From the sequence record MT774386.1: DNA of 40,000 nucleotides; one strand, given 5' to 3'. The translations under genes and the position numbers were made by a program. This stretch comes from an uncultured phage cr110_1. The first letter of the stretch is position 1. Every line of letters begins with the position of its first letter. A model generated the notes under the pieces. It was given only the letters and a program-made list of their open reading frames with translations. It was not told the DNA's origin and searched no databases. This document shows positions 1 to 8,929 of this stretch, piece by piece.

Positions 1-1
1 A

Positions 2-316
2 CAAAGAAATCTTCTTCGTAAGAAAGTTGTTGAAAGTTATCAAGAACTTAAAGAAGCTCGTAATACTCTTCCTATTGAAGAATATAAGAAGTTTAGAGAC
101 GAACTTATTATTCAGAAGAAAGCCGAAGTTAATGCTATTGAAGTTGAACGTCGTCTAAAAAAAGCTGATAGAAATCGCAATTATAAACTTTGGGTCAAGC
201 TTTCTCGTAAGTATGGAATTGCTTATGCTAATTGTTATTTGCAATTTCATAAACAACTTAAAGTTGTTGAGTTTGACGAAGAACTTAATAATGCTTATAT
301 AGATGCGTGGTCGTAG
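2..316 (+). CDS. C-terminal part of a CDS entering from the left edge (hypothetical, charged/coiled-coil-like)
   Basis: Open frame QRNLLRKKVVESYQELKEARNTLPIEEYKKFRDEL...ELNNAYIDAWS* ending in TAG at 314-316; codon usage matches neighbours; 5' end lies outside the window. Confidence 0.75.
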   Translation, partial: QRNLLRKKVVESYQELKEARNTLPIEEYKKFRDELIIQKKAEVNAIEVERRLKKADRNRNYKLWVKLSRKYGIAYANCYLQFHKQLKVVEFDEELNNAYIDAWS

Positions 317-908
317 AATTGATAGTCTTTTGACTATAAATAAAACTGGGATGCCGGAAGCGCCTAATCTTACTCAATTACTTGATAAAGATGTTAAGCT
401 TCTTTATCTTCGCGATAAAAGTAAGAATAAGGAAATGTATATTAAAGAAGTTGGAGTTATATATTATTTAGGCGACCCTAAAGGCCCTTGTCTTAGTGCT
501 GGTCTTAGCCGTAGTGAAGCTCTTCAAAAGGCTCGTGAAAATTTTGATTTACCTACTACTTATACTCCAGATTTACTTGTTGAGAAATTAATTAAACGTT
601 ATCACGATAATCAAACTGGTATTGCCGGTCAAGCTGTTGAAGCTCTTCAAAAAGCTATTCATAATATTACTATTTCTACTAATATTATTAATGAGCAATT
701 AAATGATAAACTTCAATCTGGTTTATCTGCCGAAGATGCTGGAGTTTTTATTGATTATATGGATAAGATTAATAAACGTATTACTGATTTACCTGCTCTT
801 ATTGCTTCTTTAAAAAAGGCAGAAGAAGAAGCTGCTTATGAAGAAGAAACTCGAACTGCTCGTGGTGGTATGAAAGTTACAAGTAGTATGATTGAAGAAG
901 ATTTTTAA
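303..908 (+). CDS. Hypothetical protein; start may be ATG 303 or ATG 351
   Basis: 201-aa ORF with typical phage codon usage. The first 14 bp overlap the previous CDS, so the internal ATG (MPEAPNLTQLL...) is also plausible. Confidence 0.7.
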   Translation: MRGRRIDSLLTINKTGMPEAPNLTQLLDKDVKLLYLRDKSKNKEMYIKEVGVIYYLGDPKGPCLSAGLSRSEALQKARENFDLPTTYTPDLLVEKLIKRYHDNQTGIAGQAVEALQKAIHNITISTNIINEQLNDKLQSGLSAEDAGVFIDYMDKINKRITDLPALIASLKKAEEEAAYEEETRTARGGMKVTSSMIEEDF

Positions 909-917
909 AATTATATT

Positions 918-1925
918 ATGAATATAGAAAATAGATATAGTCAAGTTCGTCTTATATTTGAAGAAGCTGCTCATAAATATCATGATACTCTTGGTAACGA
1001 ATATGTTTCTACTACTACTCTTTTACACGATTTAGCTCCTAAATTTGATAAGAAATATTGGTTACACAAGAAAGCTGTTCAACTTGGTATTACTGAAAAA
1101 GAATTAGAAGAACAATGGAATACTATTACTAAAGAAGCTTGCGAACGTGGTACTAATGTTCATAATGATCTTGAAGATGGTATTAAAGGTAGTAGTAAAT
1201 TTAAGCAAGCTATTCAATATCTTAATACTGATGAAGATGGCGGCGAAATGATTACTGTTGCTGATTTGAATACAATTAATGCTAATTATAAACTTCTTGA
1301 TATTAAACAATTCAAAGAAGCTACTGATAATAAATATAATAATCTATATGAAGTTTTTGAAAAATATACTAATCACGGTTATAAGATTTATGCCGAAATT
1401 GGAATGTTCTTAATAGATTATTTTATTAGTGGAACTATTGACGTTCTTCTTGTTAATGAATGGGAGAATAAGGCTGTTATTGGTGATTGGAAGACAAATC
1501 GCTCTGGACTTCGTTTCACTGCTGGTTATTATTGTAAAGATAAGAAACAACATCCTGCTCAACTTACAAGCGATTGGGTTGAAAAGAAAGAATTTCTTCT
1601 TCCTCCTGTTCAGCATCTTCCTCATTGTAATGGAAGTATTTATAATCTTCAACTTTCTATGTATGGTAAAGCTGTTAATTTAATTACTGGTCTTGTTATT
1701 AAAGGTTGTTGGCTTGCTCATATTGATTGTGATTTTGAACTTAATGAATATGGTATGCCGAAACGTTTTGAAGATGGGCTTTATCATATTAAAGAAAATC
1801 CAGTTGAAAAGATTACTTTTTATAATCTTCCTTATAGAGAACAAGAAATAGATGCTATTCTTGCTGATAGAAAATTAAAACTTAAAGCTCAAGATGTTAA
1901 ACGTAATTTTACTTTAGGATTATGA
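918..1925 (+). CDS. PD-(D/E)XK superfamily nuclease (Cas4/RecB-like exonuclease fold)
   Basis: 335 aa; N-terminal ...RGTNVHNDLED, later SGTIDVLLVNE...KAVIGDWKTNR, matching the H...GxxD...DxK layout of RecB-family/PDDEXK_1 nucleases. Confidence 0.6.
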   Translation: MNIENRYSQVRLIFEEAAHKYHDTLGNEYVSTTTLLHDLAPKFDKKYWLHKKAVQLGITEKELEEQWNTITKEACERGTNVHNDLEDGIKGSSKFKQAIQYLNTDEDGGEMITVADLNTINANYKLLDIKQFKEATDNKYNNLYEVFEKYTNHGYKIYAEIGMFLIDYFISGTIDVLLVNEWENKAVIGDWKTNRSGLRFTAGYYCKDKKQHPAQLTSDWVEKKEFLLPPVQHLPHCNGSIYNLQLSMYGKAVNLITGLVIKGCWLAHIDCDFELNEYGMPKRFEDGLYHIKENPVEKITFYNLPYREQEIDAILADRKLKLKAQDVKRNFTLGL

Positions 1926-2254
1926 AAAATATAATATATGGAGTTATAGCTGGTATTATTGTTGGTAGCATTTTTGGTTTTGTTGTTTGTGATAATAATG
2001 TTGAAGCTGAACGTATTTATATCCCTTACGGGGGGTCGGATACTGCTTGTGTTTCTGAATTGGCTGCTACAAAAGAATTACTTCTTCGTACACAAGATAG
2101 TCTAAATTCTTATAAAGCTGATACTACTATAAACGCTGAATTATTTGTTGCCAAATATAAACTTGAACGTATTAGATATTATAACAATATTGCTGCTAAA
2201 GGTAATAATATTAAATATCTTAGAGGTTGGATTAATCGTGTTCTTAATGATTAA
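1922..2254 (+). CDS. Small membrane-anchored protein
   Basis: 110 aa; N-terminal hydrophobic segment MKNIIYGVIAGIIVGSIFGFVV; overlaps the upstream stop (ATGA). Confidence 0.65.
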   Translation: MKNIIYGVIAGIIVGSIFGFVVCDNNVEAERIYIPYGGSDTACVSELAATKELLLRTQDSLNSYKADTTINAELFVAKYKLERIRYYNNIAAKGNNIKYLRGWINRVLND

Positions 2255-2260
2255 AATACT

Positions 2261-2521
2261 ATGATTGAATTACGTAATAATGGACATATAAGAGTAGTTG
2301 TAGAAGAGTATATTGATTATCTTGAAGATGGCAATTATCATTATAAAGTTGTTAGACTTCAAGTTCGTGCTTCTTTTCTTGGTTTTAAATATTGGGTTAA
2401 TATTTATACTTACTCTACTGATGATTTAAGTGATGATTATCTTGAACGTGAAGTTATAGATATTTATAATAAGATTGTTTATCCTAATAAATACTTTGTG
2501 ACAAATGCCGACAATACTTAA
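2261..2521 (+). CDS. Hypothetical protein
   Basis: 86-aa ORF tightly packed between neighbouring genes. Confidence 0.6.
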   Translation: MIELRNNGHIRVVVEEYIDYLEDGNYHYKVVRLQVRASFLGFKYWVNIYTYSTDDLSDDYLEREVIDIYNKIVYPNKYFVTNADNT

Positions 2522-2717
2522 TGTTCCTGCTGTTAGAGTGGCAAAGATAAGTATCTATAACGAAAACGATAAAGTTGTTTATAAAAGTGTTTATGAAGCT
2601 GCTGTTATTAATAATATAAAGAAACAAGCTATTAGTCGTTGTTGCAAGAATAATGCTAAAGCTGGCAAACTTCGTTATAGATTACAAGATTATTATTTTG
2701 TTTATGTCGATAAATAA
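2505..2717 (+). CDS. Small protein with possible NUMOD/HTH-like DNA-binding segment
   Basis: 70 aa; KSVYEAAVINNIKKQAISRCCKNNAKAGKLRYR resembles the NUMOD1-type helix region often associated with homing endonucleases; no nuclease domain visible. Confidence 0.45.
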   Translation: MPTILNVPAVRVAKISIYNENDKVVYKSVYEAAVINNIKKQAISRCCKNNAKAGKLRYRLQDYYFVYVDK

Positions 2718-2726
2718 TTATATATT

Positions 2727-3146
2727 ATGGCTGATTTTCGTTTAGCTTATAAAAAGATTGAAGCTGCTGAGGGCGGTTATGTTAATGACCCCGACGATAA
2801 AGGTGGTGAAACTTATAAAGGTATTTCTCGTAAAGCTAATCCTGATTGGAGTGGTTGGATAAGTATTGACCAAATTAAAAAGGCTCATCCTACTACATTT
2901 AAAAATATTCTTAAAAGAATTCCAGAATTAGAAAAGAAAGTTCAAGACTTATATAAAGATAAATATTGGGATTGTTTTGAACTTGATGATATTCCTAATC
3001 AATTAGTTGCTGAACAAATATTTGATACTGCCGTTAATTGCGGACAAGTTGCTGCTATTAAATTTATTCAAAGAGTTCTTGATTTAAGAGAGACTGGAGT
3101 TTGGTCTTTAGATTTGTTTTATAAACTTGTTGCAATTAAAAATTAA
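2727..3146 (+). CDS. Endolysin, GH108-like N-acetylmuramidase
   Basis: 139 aa; IEAAEGGYVNDPDDKGGETYKGISRKANPDWSGW is the characteristic GH108 catalytic-region signature. Confidence 0.85.
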   Translation: MADFRLAYKKIEAAEGGYVNDPDDKGGETYKGISRKANPDWSGWISIDQIKKAHPTTFKNILKRIPELEKKVQDLYKDKYWDCFELDDIPNQLVAEQIFDTAVNCGQVAAIKFIQRVLDLRETGVWSLDLFYKLVAIKN

Positions 3147-3162
3147 TTAAAATAACAGAATC

Positions 3163-3468
3163 ATGAAGAAATTACTAATAGTCGTATTAATTATAGTGTT
3201 AATTAATTTATTTATAACAATAATAATTTTAAATAAGTCGGAGTATAGAAGAAATACGAATCTAACAAATGTGTTCCCCGATACAACTGTTACTAATATT
3301 CGGATTGATTCTGTTACTTATGATATAAAAAGAATTGATAGTACAATTATTAAGTATAATGAATATGAAAAAGACATCGAAAATAAAGTTCTTAGTCTTG
3401 ACGATAGTGCTACTGTTATCTTGTTCTATGAACTTATTCGCAGTTCCTCTACGGGGGGTCGGAGATAG
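3163..3468 (+). CDS. Small membrane-anchored protein, candidate spanin/lysis component
   Basis: MKKLLIVVLIIVLINLFITIIIL N-terminal TM then soluble tail; immediately downstream of endolysin; ends in TAG at 3466-3468. Confidence 0.55.
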   Translation: MKKLLIVVLIIVLINLFITIIILNKSEYRRNTNLTNVFPDTTVTNIRIDSVTYDIKRIDSTIIKYNEYEKDIENKVLSLDDSATVILFYELIRSSSTGGRR

Positions 3469-3757
3469 TATTAGAGTTGATATTGATGATTTAAGAACGG
3501 CTAATGTTCTTATTGCTAAATCTTATACTAAAGATACAATTATTCAACTTAAAGATAGTCTTATTAAAAAACAAAATATAAAGATTAATTATTTAAGCAA
3601 TAGTTATGAAGAAATGAAACGTTATGCTTCTGCTTCTGAACTTGCAAGAAACAAATTAGAAAATAATCTTAATAAGTCTAAGAAAAAGATTAAGATTATT
3701 ACTGGTGTAGCTGGTGCTTTTGCATCGGCTTTTCTTGTATTATTACTTGTCAAATGA
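3365..3757 (+). CDS. Candidate unimolecular spanin (lipobox plus C-terminal TM)
   Basis: MKKTSKIKFLVLTIVLLLSCSMN (lipoprotein-like signal with Cys), coiled middle, C-terminal TM IITGVAGAFASAFLVLLLVK; start overlaps previous gene in another frame. The track start 3335 is probably too early. Confidence 0.5.
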   Translation: MKKTSKIKFLVLTIVLLLSCSMNLFAVPLRGVGDSIRVDIDDLRTANVLIAKSYTKDTIIQLKDSLIKKQNIKINYLSNSYEEMKRYASASELARNKLENNLNKSKKKIKIITGVAGAFASAFLVLLLVK

Positions 3758-3767
3758 AATAGTAGTT

Positions 3768-6017
3768 ATGGAAGAAAGGTATCCTTTTGCTGAATTTCTT
3801 ATTGAAGATAAAACTCGTTATCCTCTTGCTTCTGAAAAGGGATATTATGACCCTTATAATCATTTTAGAATTGGTGATAGTGGCGGCTTTATAATGAACA
3901 TTCGTCCTGGTAAATTTATTAATACTTATTTGTTTACTGAGATGGCTGATTATTTTGAAGCTAATGATAATAAATATACTAATTTTAAAGAAGATAGTTT
4001 ACCTTATCGTCAACTTCGTAAGCGTGAAGCTATGCGTAGACGAGATGGTTATTCTGCTCCTTGTTGGCAAAATCCTGATGGTAGTATTGAGAATGTTCAT
4101 ATTAGCGGAGACTATTATAATTTTCTTAATTATACTCGAATGGAACGTACTGACGATGATAGCGTTAAAAGTACAGGAATTGGTTCTACTGGTGAAAAAG
4201 TTTTTGCTTTTCCTAAATTTATTGATGCTCAATATTGGACGCATAATATTTATGAATTTGCTAAGAACAACGGTTTTCATTTGATTATTGTTAAGACTCG
4301 TCGTGGTGGTTTTTCTTATATGAATGCTGCTCGTGCAGCTAATGCTGTAAATCTACGAAAACATAAAGTTTTTATTAATGTTGCTGCTGATAATAAATAC
4401 TTAACTAAGAAAGGAGGTCTTACTGACTTCGCTGTTAACACTCTTCGATTCTATGAAGAAAAGACTATGTTTAAACGCGGTATTTATAGTAGTAACGTTG
4501 AAGACTTTCGTCTTGGATTTCGTCTTCCTAATGGGGTTGAATCCGAAGATAGTTGGCAAAGTTCTTTAATATCTGTATCAGCTAATAATAATCCCGACTG
4601 TGCTATTGGTAAAGATGCTATTGGTGTTAATGTAGAAGAGCTTTCTACAATGCAGAATTTTAATGAATTTATGACTGTAACTGAACCTGCCATGACGGTC
4701 GGTGATATTACTACCGGTATGCTTGTTGCTTGGGGAACTGCTACTGCTACTAATATGCAAGTTTTTGAAGAAAACTTTTATTCTCCAGGTGAATTTAATT
4801 TTATGCCATTTGAAAATGTTTGGGATAAAGATGCTCGTAATGAAATTTGTGGTTTCTTTAAATCTTATGCTTGGGGACTTGAGGGTTCTATTGACGGAGT
4901 TAAAGCTATTGACGAATACGGAAATAGTAATATAGATTTAGGTATTAAAATTGCTATGCGTTCTCGTGAAGCAATGAAAGAAAAAACTAAAACTTTTGCT
5001 AAGTTTATTAATTATTGCGGTCAACGTGCTTTGTTTCCTGCTGAAAGTTTTAGTAGTGCTACCGAAAATATTTTCGTTAGCGAAGCATTTATTGCTTATG
5101 AAAATAAACTTCGTGTTGATAGCGACTATCATTTTTATGTTGATGGTATGCTTTTTAAAGAGGGCAATACTGTTGTATTTAAATCTAATAAACGTATTAA
5201 GCAAGAGAATCCTAATGCTAAAGTTTATGATTGGATACAAGGAGTACCCCGTAAGGGAAATGAGCAACCTGATGGTTGTGTTCGTATTTGGTATCATCCT
5301 CAATATGATATTCGATATGAAAATGATAGAGAAATAAAAGAAATTCCCGAGGGTACTTATTGCGCTACTTATGACCCTGTTGGTATAGATAAAGAAAAAA
5401 AAGAAATTACTAATAGACATTCTCATAATAGTATTCATGTTTGGGAAATGCCGTCTGCTCGTAACGGATATAAGTTTAAATGTTGTGCTTCTTATTATGG
5501 TCGTAAAGATAAACTTGAAGAAGTTGATTTAATATTTCTTTATCTTTGTATTTATTATAATTGTATTGGAACTGGTATAGTCGAAGTCAATCGTGGCGAA
5601 ACTGTTTCTAATTTTACTAAATGGAAAGTTCTTCGTTATCTTGCTCATGAACCTTTGTTTGTTTGGGATACGACTATTAAAGGTAAAGTTAGTTCTACCT
5701 ATGGGTATGTTATTACTGATGGTGTTAAGAAACTTAATGCTCTTCGTTTGCTAAAAGAATTTCTTTATACAGTTATTGGTAAAGACGAACAAGGTAATGA
5801 TGTTTATAACTTTCATAGAATATTAGATTATCAATCTATTCTTGAACTTAAGAAATGGAATGACGAGGGAAACTTTGACCGTGTTTCTGAAATGCTTCTT
5901 CTTGGTATTTATTGTAAGTCTCTTGACATTAAAGGTAAGCTTGAACTTAGCAAAAGACAAAAATTAGAAGAAAGTAGTAGTGCTGCTAATAACTTTTTCA
6001 AACGTAAATGGTATTAA
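3768..6017 (+). CDS. terL: Terminase large subunit (crAss-like)
   Basis: About 749 aa from ATG 3768 (MEERYPFAEFL...). ATPase region KTRRGGFSYMNAARAAN, Walker-B-like VNVEEL, C-terminal nuclease-like CATYDP.../GIVEVNRGE; followed by portal. Confidence 0.85.
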   Translation: MEERYPFAEFLIEDKTRYPLASEKGYYDPYNHFRIGDSGGFIMNIRPGKFINTYLFTEMADYFEANDNKYTNFKEDSLPYRQLRKREAMRRRDGYSAPCWQNPDGSIENVHISGDYYNFLNYTRMERTDDDSVKSTGIGSTGEKVFAFPKFIDAQYWTHNIYEFAKNNGFHLIIVKTRRGGFSYMNAARAANAVNLRKHKVFINVAADNKYLTKKGGLTDFAVNTLRFYEEKTMFKRGIYSSNVEDFRLGFRLPNGVESEDSWQSSLISVSANNNPDCAIGKDAIGVNVEELSTMQNFNEFMTVTEPAMTVGDITTGMLVAWGTATATNMQVFEENFYSPGEFNFMPFENVWDKDARNEICGFFKSYAWGLEGSIDGVKAIDEYGNSNIDLGIKIAMRSREAMKEKTKTFAKFINYCGQRALFPAESFSSATENIFVSEAFIAYENKLRVDSDYHFYVDGMLFKEGNTVVFKSNKRIKQENPNAKVYDWIQGVPRKGNEQPDGCVRIWYHPQYDIRYENDREIKEIPEGTYCATYDPVGIDKEKKEITNRHSHNSIHVWEMPSARNGYKFKCCASYYGRKDKLEEVDLIFLYLCIYYNCIGTGIVEVNRGETVSNFTKWKVLRYLAHEPLFVWDTTIKGKVSSTYGYVITDGVKKLNALRLLKEFLYTVIGKDEQGNDVYNFHRILDYQSILELKKWNDEGNFDRVSEMLLLGIYCKSLDIKGKLELSKRQKLEESSSAANNFFKRKWY

Positions 6018-6021
6018 TAAT

Positions 6022-6144
6022 ATGACTGGAGAACAATCATTAAGTACATATCTTTTTATATTTGGAAGTATAGCTTTTAGATTTGAACTTCTCGATAATA
6101 AAGAATATGTTTATAATATGATTACTTATAACGATAATAACTAA
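6022..6144 (+). CDS. 40-aa small ORF between terminase and portal
   Basis: MTGEQSLSTYLFIFGSIAFRFELLDNKEYVYNMITYNDNN* fits exactly in the terL-portal gap; below the length cut-off of the supplied track. Confidence 0.4.
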   Translation: MTGEQSLSTYLFIFGSIAFRFELLDNKEYVYNMITYNDNN

Positions 6145-6148
6145 TAAT

Positions 6149-8545
6149 ATGTATTTTCCTACTGATTTAAATTTTCCTAAGCAAAGAGTTAGTGCTGCGG
6201 AAAGAAACAAGCCGGAGTTTTATGCTAATAGTTGTGATTGGCTTATTGGTCAAGCATTAAGTATTGCTCAAACTGATGATATTGAAAAGAAATATCATTT
6301 CTTAAAAGGTAATATTGATGCTGAATATTATAAGAAGATTCTAAATCCTTATAATGCTACAAATAAAGATTATCAACGATTTCCTGCCACTATGCGTAAC
6401 TACGATATGGTTGGCGGTGTTGTTCGTAGATATGTTGGCGAATATATTCGGAATCCTCATGATTTTATCGTAGGTGCTAATAATCCAGAAGTCGTTCTTT
6501 CTCGTGATGCCAAACTTCGTCAAGAACTTATGACTATTGTTCAACAAAAAATTGCTGAAAGAATTAAACAAAATTATGAACAATTTGTTCAACAAGGTGG
6601 ACAACCTGAACAATTTAATCCTCAAGATAACTTTGATGTCGAAGCTTTTATAAAAGAATTTAATGAAAATTATATTGATGATATATCTGCACAAGGTCAA
6701 GACATTCTTAATGTTATAGATGATTTGACTGATGCTGCTGCTTTATATGCTCGTGCTTATTTTGAATGGGTTGCTTTTGGTCGTGTATTTACTTATACAG
6801 AAATTCAAGGTAATAAAATAATTAAAAGAGTTGTTTCTAATCGTGATGCTTTTCCTATTCCTAATGATAATATTCTTGTTGAAGATTTCGATGCTTTTTG
6901 TGAAAGACGAATGATGACTTTTCAACAGATAATGGATGAGTATTATGATATTCTCGACGATAAAGGTAAGGAATTTCTCGACACTTACTATATTAGCGGC
7001 AAAATGACAAGTCAAGATGATAGAGGATTATTACAATGGGAAAGCTTCAAGAAGTTATATCCCGATATGTGTAATAAATTCACTGCTAATGAACGAGAGT
7101 TTTTTGAACGTCAACCGATAATGGCTCGTGAATATAATAATAATCTTATTGAAGTTTGGCATGTTGTTTGGCGTGGAGAAGTTAAGAAAGGTATTCTTAC
7201 TTATCAACAAAATGGTATTATCGGAGAAACTATTGTAGACGAAGATTATGTTCTCAATCCTGATAATGGCGATATTGATATTGAATGGGTTTGGGAATCA
7301 CAAGTTTTTGAATGTGATAGAATAGGTGGAAGAAATAATGCTATCTATCCTTATAAGTGTAGACCTATTGCTTATAATAGAAATGGTAAACTTCCTTATA
7401 ATGGTTTGATAGAATTAATGCCTGGGCTTGGTCGTTTTAGTATTATTGATTTAATAATGCCTTATCAAATCTTTGGTAATATTATTGCTTATCATAGAGA
7501 AATGGCTCTTGCTAAGAACAAACTTAACGTTCTTTTGATTGCTAAATCTCTTTTAGGTAGTGTTCCAGAAGAAACTATTTATAGAATGGCTGCTGATGGC
7601 GTTCTATATATAGATGATGAAGATGACCAGGGAATGTTAAGAGCACAACAAGTTCGTATGCTTAATAGCGATACTTCTGCTTATATTGCTCAACTTACAG
7701 AACTTATTGAAGCCAATGAACAGGCTGCCAATCTTAAAGTTGATATGACTCCTCAACGTTATGGTGAGATTGCTAATAGTGCTGGTAAAGGAGTTACTGA
7801 ACAAGCTATTATTCGCGGTTCTATGGGAAGCGTTATAGTTGAGTTTATGTTTGACTATATGCGAGAACATGATTATGCTCGTGATATGGATTATTCTAAA
7901 CTCGCTTGGATTGACGGTTTAAGAACTTCTTATAAGACTAAAAATGACGCTTCTATAAAATATTTCAGTCTTGATGTTGATAAACATATTTATGCCGATT
8001 ATGTTATTAAAGCTAAACTTTCTGCAAAGGAACGTGATAAACTTAATCAGTATAAACAATTTGCTTTTAGTGCTGCACAGAATGGAGATGCTGGAATGGC
8101 TGCTGTTGCAATCGAGGGTGATAATACTGCTGAAATAAAGAAAGGTATTCTTAAATTTCAAGAGATTAATCGTCAACATGAGGAACGTATGAAACAACTT
8201 GATGCTCAAAATGCTCAAATGCTTCAACAATACGAACTTGATAAGATTGCTGCGGAGGGTCAACAAGATAGAGAAACACTTGCTCTTGAAAAATACCTTG
8301 ACGGACAGATTGAGGAAATGAAAGCTGTTCTATCCTCTACGGGGGGTCTCAACAATGGAGTGATTAATACTGCTGCTGTTGATGCTGCTAAGACTGCTAT
8401 TGAAAGAGAAAAGATAGCTGTTGAAAGAGAAAAAGTTGGTGCTCAAATTCAAGCTAATAATCAGAAATTTGCTTCTGATATTTATAAGGCTGATATGAGT
8501 TATAAAGTTGCTAAGCAAAATAAAAATAGATTCGATAAAAAATAA
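6149..8545 (+). CDS. Portal protein (crAss-like)
   Basis: 798 aa directly after terL; long C-terminal coiled region and overall composition typical of podovirus portals of this group. Confidence 0.85.
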   Translation: MYFPTDLNFPKQRVSAAERNKPEFYANSCDWLIGQALSIAQTDDIEKKYHFLKGNIDAEYYKKILNPYNATNKDYQRFPATMRNYDMVGGVVRRYVGEYIRNPHDFIVGANNPEVVLSRDAKLRQELMTIVQQKIAERIKQNYEQFVQQGGQPEQFNPQDNFDVEAFIKEFNENYIDDISAQGQDILNVIDDLTDAAALYARAYFEWVAFGRVFTYTEIQGNKIIKRVVSNRDAFPIPNDNILVEDFDAFCERRMMTFQQIMDEYYDILDDKGKEFLDTYYISGKMTSQDDRGLLQWESFKKLYPDMCNKFTANEREFFERQPIMAREYNNNLIEVWHVVWRGEVKKGILTYQQNGIIGETIVDEDYVLNPDNGDIDIEWVWESQVFECDRIGGRNNAIYPYKCRPIAYNRNGKLPYNGLIELMPGLGRFSIIDLIMPYQIFGNIIAYHREMALAKNKLNVLLIAKSLLGSVPEETIYRMAADGVLYIDDEDDQGMLRAQQVRMLNSDTSAYIAQLTELIEANEQAANLKVDMTPQRYGEIANSAGKGVTEQAIIRGSMGSVIVEFMFDYMREHDYARDMDYSKLAWIDGLRTSYKTKNDASIKYFSLDVDKHIYADYVIKAKLSAKERDKLNQYKQFAFSAAQNGDAGMAAVAIEGDNTAEIKKGILKFQEINRQHEERMKQLDAQNAQMLQQYELDKIAAEGQQDRETLALEKYLDGQIEEMKAVLSSTGGLNNGVINTAAVDAAKTAIEREKIAVEREKVGAQIQANNQKFASDIYKADMSYKVAKQNKNRFDKK

Positions 8546-8589
8546 ACTTGTATTATAAATACTTATATTTGTGCTTTGTAAATGGATTT

Positions 8590-8627
8590 AGCCGTTACCG
8601 CTCGTGAGAGTAGTAGCGGCTTTTTTA
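8590..8627 (+). terminator. Rho-independent terminator after portal gene
   Basis: AGCCGTTAC...GTAGCGGCT (9-bp stem with one G-U) followed by TTTTTTATT. Confidence 0.8.
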
Positions 8628-8929
8628 TTGCTGCTATTATTCGTGATTATGATTTACAGTATTTGTAAATATATTTTACTATTCGGCTTATTCTAAGGCT
8701 CTGTACAAGACGTTGATACACCCCGTAGAGGATTAATCAATTCGTCATAAATCGTTCAAATTTCGTCAAGTCTGTAAGCGACAAGGGTATTTGCTGATGC
8801 TAACAAGATAGTAGAAATAAGCAAACGAAATCGAGTAAGTAGTTGTGATGCTCGACATAATGCTGTTACTGCTTATACATTTGTCTTGAAATAACAAAGT
8901 AATAATAACCATATAAAACTATTAAAATT

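Noticed and set aside
8564-8571. Additional TAnnTTTG boxes (8564, 8876, 22853) as Bacteroides promoters
   Set aside because: Upstream TTTG boxes are missing or badly spaced (about 17 or 23 nt at 22853), so support is too weak beyond the 26877-26909 site.
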